Assembly: GCA_965227515.1 (NCBI GenBank)
Contig: CBDDFZ010000001.1
Span: forward strand, 3,008,001 to 3,072,000
DNA from: Alphaproteobacteria bacterium
GTDB lineage: Bacteria; Pseudomonadota; Alphaproteobacteria; CALKHQ01
Reading direction: 5' to 3'
Length of the DNA stretch: 64,000 nt
In this document: one piece after another, positions 60,424 through 64,000 of the stretch
Layout of the letters: each line of letters starts with the position of its first letter
How positions within the stretch are numbered: the first letter of the stretch is position 1
The notes under the pieces: generated by a model
Told to the model about the DNA's origin: nothing
Database searches by the model: none
What the model saw: the letters and a program-made list of their open reading frames with translations, nothing else
Translations under genes and position numbers: made by a program

Positions 60424-61902
60424 ATGTCTTCAGCACGCTGCCCACGAGGAGGCTGGGATGTTTGGCGCATAAGTGCCTGTATTCCAATCCTCCTCATCGT
60501 CCTCGCGATCATCGTCGCCGCCGGCGCCCAGTCGGCCCAGGCAGCGCCACAGCGCGCTTCGATGGTGGTCGATGCCCAATCGGGCGAGGTCTTGCACGCG
60601 TCCAGCGTCGATGCCCAGGTCCATCCTGCGTCGCTGACCAAGATCATGACGCTCTACATGGTGTTCAAGGCGCTCGACTCGGGCGAGCTCAGGCTCGACG
60701 ACGAGATCGAGATGACGCGCCATGCCGCATCGATGCCGCCTTCGCGTCTGGGCCTGTCGGTCGGGTCCACCATCTCGGTCCACCACGCGATCCTGGCGCT
60801 GGTCACGAAGTCGGCGAACGACGTGGCGGCGGCGGTTGGCGACCGGCTGGGCGGCAGCGAATCGAATTTCGCCCGCGAGATGACGGCGGAGGCGCGGGCG
60901 CTGCGCATGTCGCAGACCGTGTTCGTCAATGCGTCCGGCCTGCCGGACACGCGGCAGGTCACGACGGCGCGCGACATGATCCGGCTCGCCTTCGCCATGC
61001 GGGCGCATTTTCCGCACTACTACCACTACTTCTCGGAGCAGTCGTTCCGGTATGGCGGCGCGACCTACCAGAACCACAATCGGCTGTTGGGCCAGTATCC
61101 CGGCACCGACGGCCTGAAGACCGGCTACATCCGCATGTCCGGCTTCAACCTGGTCGCCACCGTGGAACGCGGCGGTCGGCGGCTGGTCGGCGTGGTGTTC
61201 GGCGGCAGCACCGGTGCGGAACGCGACGCGGAGATGATGCGCCTGTTCGATGCGGCGTTCGCCACCGCATCGACCCTGCCGACGACGCCTGCGATGGCGC
61301 CGGACCGGATGTCGCCCAACCCGTCCATTGCCGAGATCCTCGCCCTCGACCCGCCCGAGGCGGTGCAGATGACGGCCCAGTTGCGGCAGGCCCAGCTGAT
61401 CTCATATGGCCGGCCCGGCGGTATGCAGGCCGTGGAGGCCGGCAGCGCCGACCCGGGCTATGTGGCGGCGCCGCCGACCGCGCCGATCCGGCTGCCGGCA
61501 CCGACCGATATCGCCGAACTGGCGCCGATGCGCGCCTATCTGGAAGCCACCACCATCGAGGATTTGATCATCCGTGCCGATACCCAGGTCGCGTCGACCG
61601 GCGGCAGCGGCAACTGCATATCTTCGTGGGGCATCCAGGTCGGCGCCTTCGGCCGCGCCGAGACCGCCGGCGAGTTCGCCCAGAATACGCGAGCACGGCT
61701 GCTGGCCGACCTCAGCCTGGCGACCGTTGCCGTCGGCGCCTATGACATGGGTGACGTCCGGCTCTATCGTTCGATGCTGTTCGGCCTGGAAGAGGAAACC
61801 GCCATGCGTGCCTGCGCCGCGCTGAACGCGCAGTCGCTGGAATGCGTGCCGATTCCGCCGGAAAGCAGCACGCTGGAACTGGCCAGCATCCGCTGCCTCT
61901 AG
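60424..61902 (+). CDS. D-alanyl-D-alanine carboxypeptidase (peptidase S11) with a C-terminal SPOR-like domain
   Basis: PASLTKIMT (SxxK), SAND (SxN), DGLKTGY (KTG) and WGIQVGAF (SPOR-like). The start is uncertain. Confidence 0.9.
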   Translation: MSSARCPRGGWDVWRISACIPILLIVLAIIVAAGAQSAQAAPQRASMVVDAQSGEVLHASSVDAQVHPASLTKIMTLYMVFKALDSGELRLDDEIEMTRHAASMPPSRLGLSVGSTISVHHAILALVTKSANDVAAAVGDRLGGSESNFAREMTAEARALRMSQTVFVNASGLPDTRQVTTARDMIRLAFAMRAHFPHYYHYFSEQSFRYGGATYQNHNRLLGQYPGTDGLKTGYIRMSGFNLVATVERGGRRLVGVVFGGSTGAERDAEMMRLFDAAFATASTLPTTPAMAPDRMSPNPSIAEILALDPPEAVQMTAQLRQAQLISYGRPGGMQAVEAGSADPGYVAAPPTAPIRLPAPTDIAELAPMRAYLEATTIEDLIIRADTQVASTGGSGNCISSWGIQVGAFGRAETAGEFAQNTRARLLADLSLATVAVGAYDMGDVRLYRSMLFGLEEETAMRACAALNAQSLECVPIPPESSTLELASIRCL

Positions 61903-61917
61903 GCAATTACGCGGACC

Positions 61918-63549
<1,632 letters not shown>

Positions 63550-63551
63550 GC

Positions 63552-64000
63552 TCAGCGGTCCTTCGGGTCCAGCGCGTCGCGCAGGCCGTCGCCGATGTAG
63601 TTCAGGCAGAACAGGGTGACGCACAGGAACGCCGCCGGGAAGATCAGGATCCACGGCTCGCCCTGGATGGAGTTGGCGCCGTCAGCGATCAGCGTGCCCC
63701 AGCTTGTCAGCGGCTCCTGCACGCCGAGCCCCAGGAAGCTGAGGAAGCTTTCCAGCAGGATGATCTTGGGCACCATCAGCGTCATGTAGATCGCCACCGG
63801 CCCCAGCGTGTTCGGCACGATGTGCCGGCGCAGGATGCCGCCGGTCTTCACCCCCATCGCCTGGGCGGCCTGCACGTACTCCTGGCGCTTGATGCTGAGG
63901 GTCTGGCCGCGCACGATGCGCGCCATGTCCAGCCACTCGATGGCGCCGATGGCGATGAACACCAGCGCGAAATTGCGGCCGAAGAACACCATCAGCAGGA
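63552..64000 (-). CDS. oppC: Oligopeptide ABC transporter permease (OppC-like), 5' end outside the window
   Basis: WLDMARIVRGQTLS, ESFLSFLGLGVQEP, SWG and GDGLRDALDPK motifs. Confidence 0.9.
   Translation of the reverse strand, partial: LLMVFFGRNFALVFIAIGAIEWLDMARIVRGQTLSIKRQEYVQAAQAMGVKTGGILRRHIVPNTLGPVAIYMTLMVPKIILLESFLSFLGLGVQEPLTSWGTLIADGANSIQGEPWILIFPAAFLCVTLFCLNYIGDGLRDALDPKDR

Overview
High-GC alphaproteobacterial chromosomal segment. The taxonomy is inferred from the bamE / UQCC chaperone / plsX-fabH-ihfA-merR gene order, DUF1489/DUF1194/DUF1127-type genes and alpha-type palindromic repeats. Most of it is ordinary metabolism: msrBA, leucine catabolism (liu/mcc), putA, leucine dehydrogenase, nucleoside hydrolase, ugpBAE, dihydropyrimidinase, galU-pgm, fatty-acid and envelope genes, and a peptide ABC transporter. 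Three regions stand out. (1) 1-7.5 kb: a non-canonical Ddl-like ATP-grasp ligase, an MFS transporter carrying two extra periplasmic sensor-like modules and an orphan solute-binding protein, divergent from a GAF-PAS-PAS histidine kinase and response regulator. This is a candidate 'make-export-sense' signalling system. (2) 8.7-14.5 kb: a polymorphic-toxin-like gene with a C-terminal PD-(D/E)xK nuclease motif. An IS5-family element splits it, and removing the IS restores a single 1219-codon frame. It has a convergent partner gene and a decayed duplicate of part of its own sequence nearby. (3) 40.7-47 kb: three different Rieske [2Fe-2S] fusion proteins (ThDP enzyme, ferric-reductase-like membrane protein, glutamate-synthase FMN domain) clustered with small membrane proteins, suggesting an uncharacterised redox pathway. 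No rRNA, tRNA or CRISPR array was seen. All family assignments come from motif recognition by eye, not from database searches.
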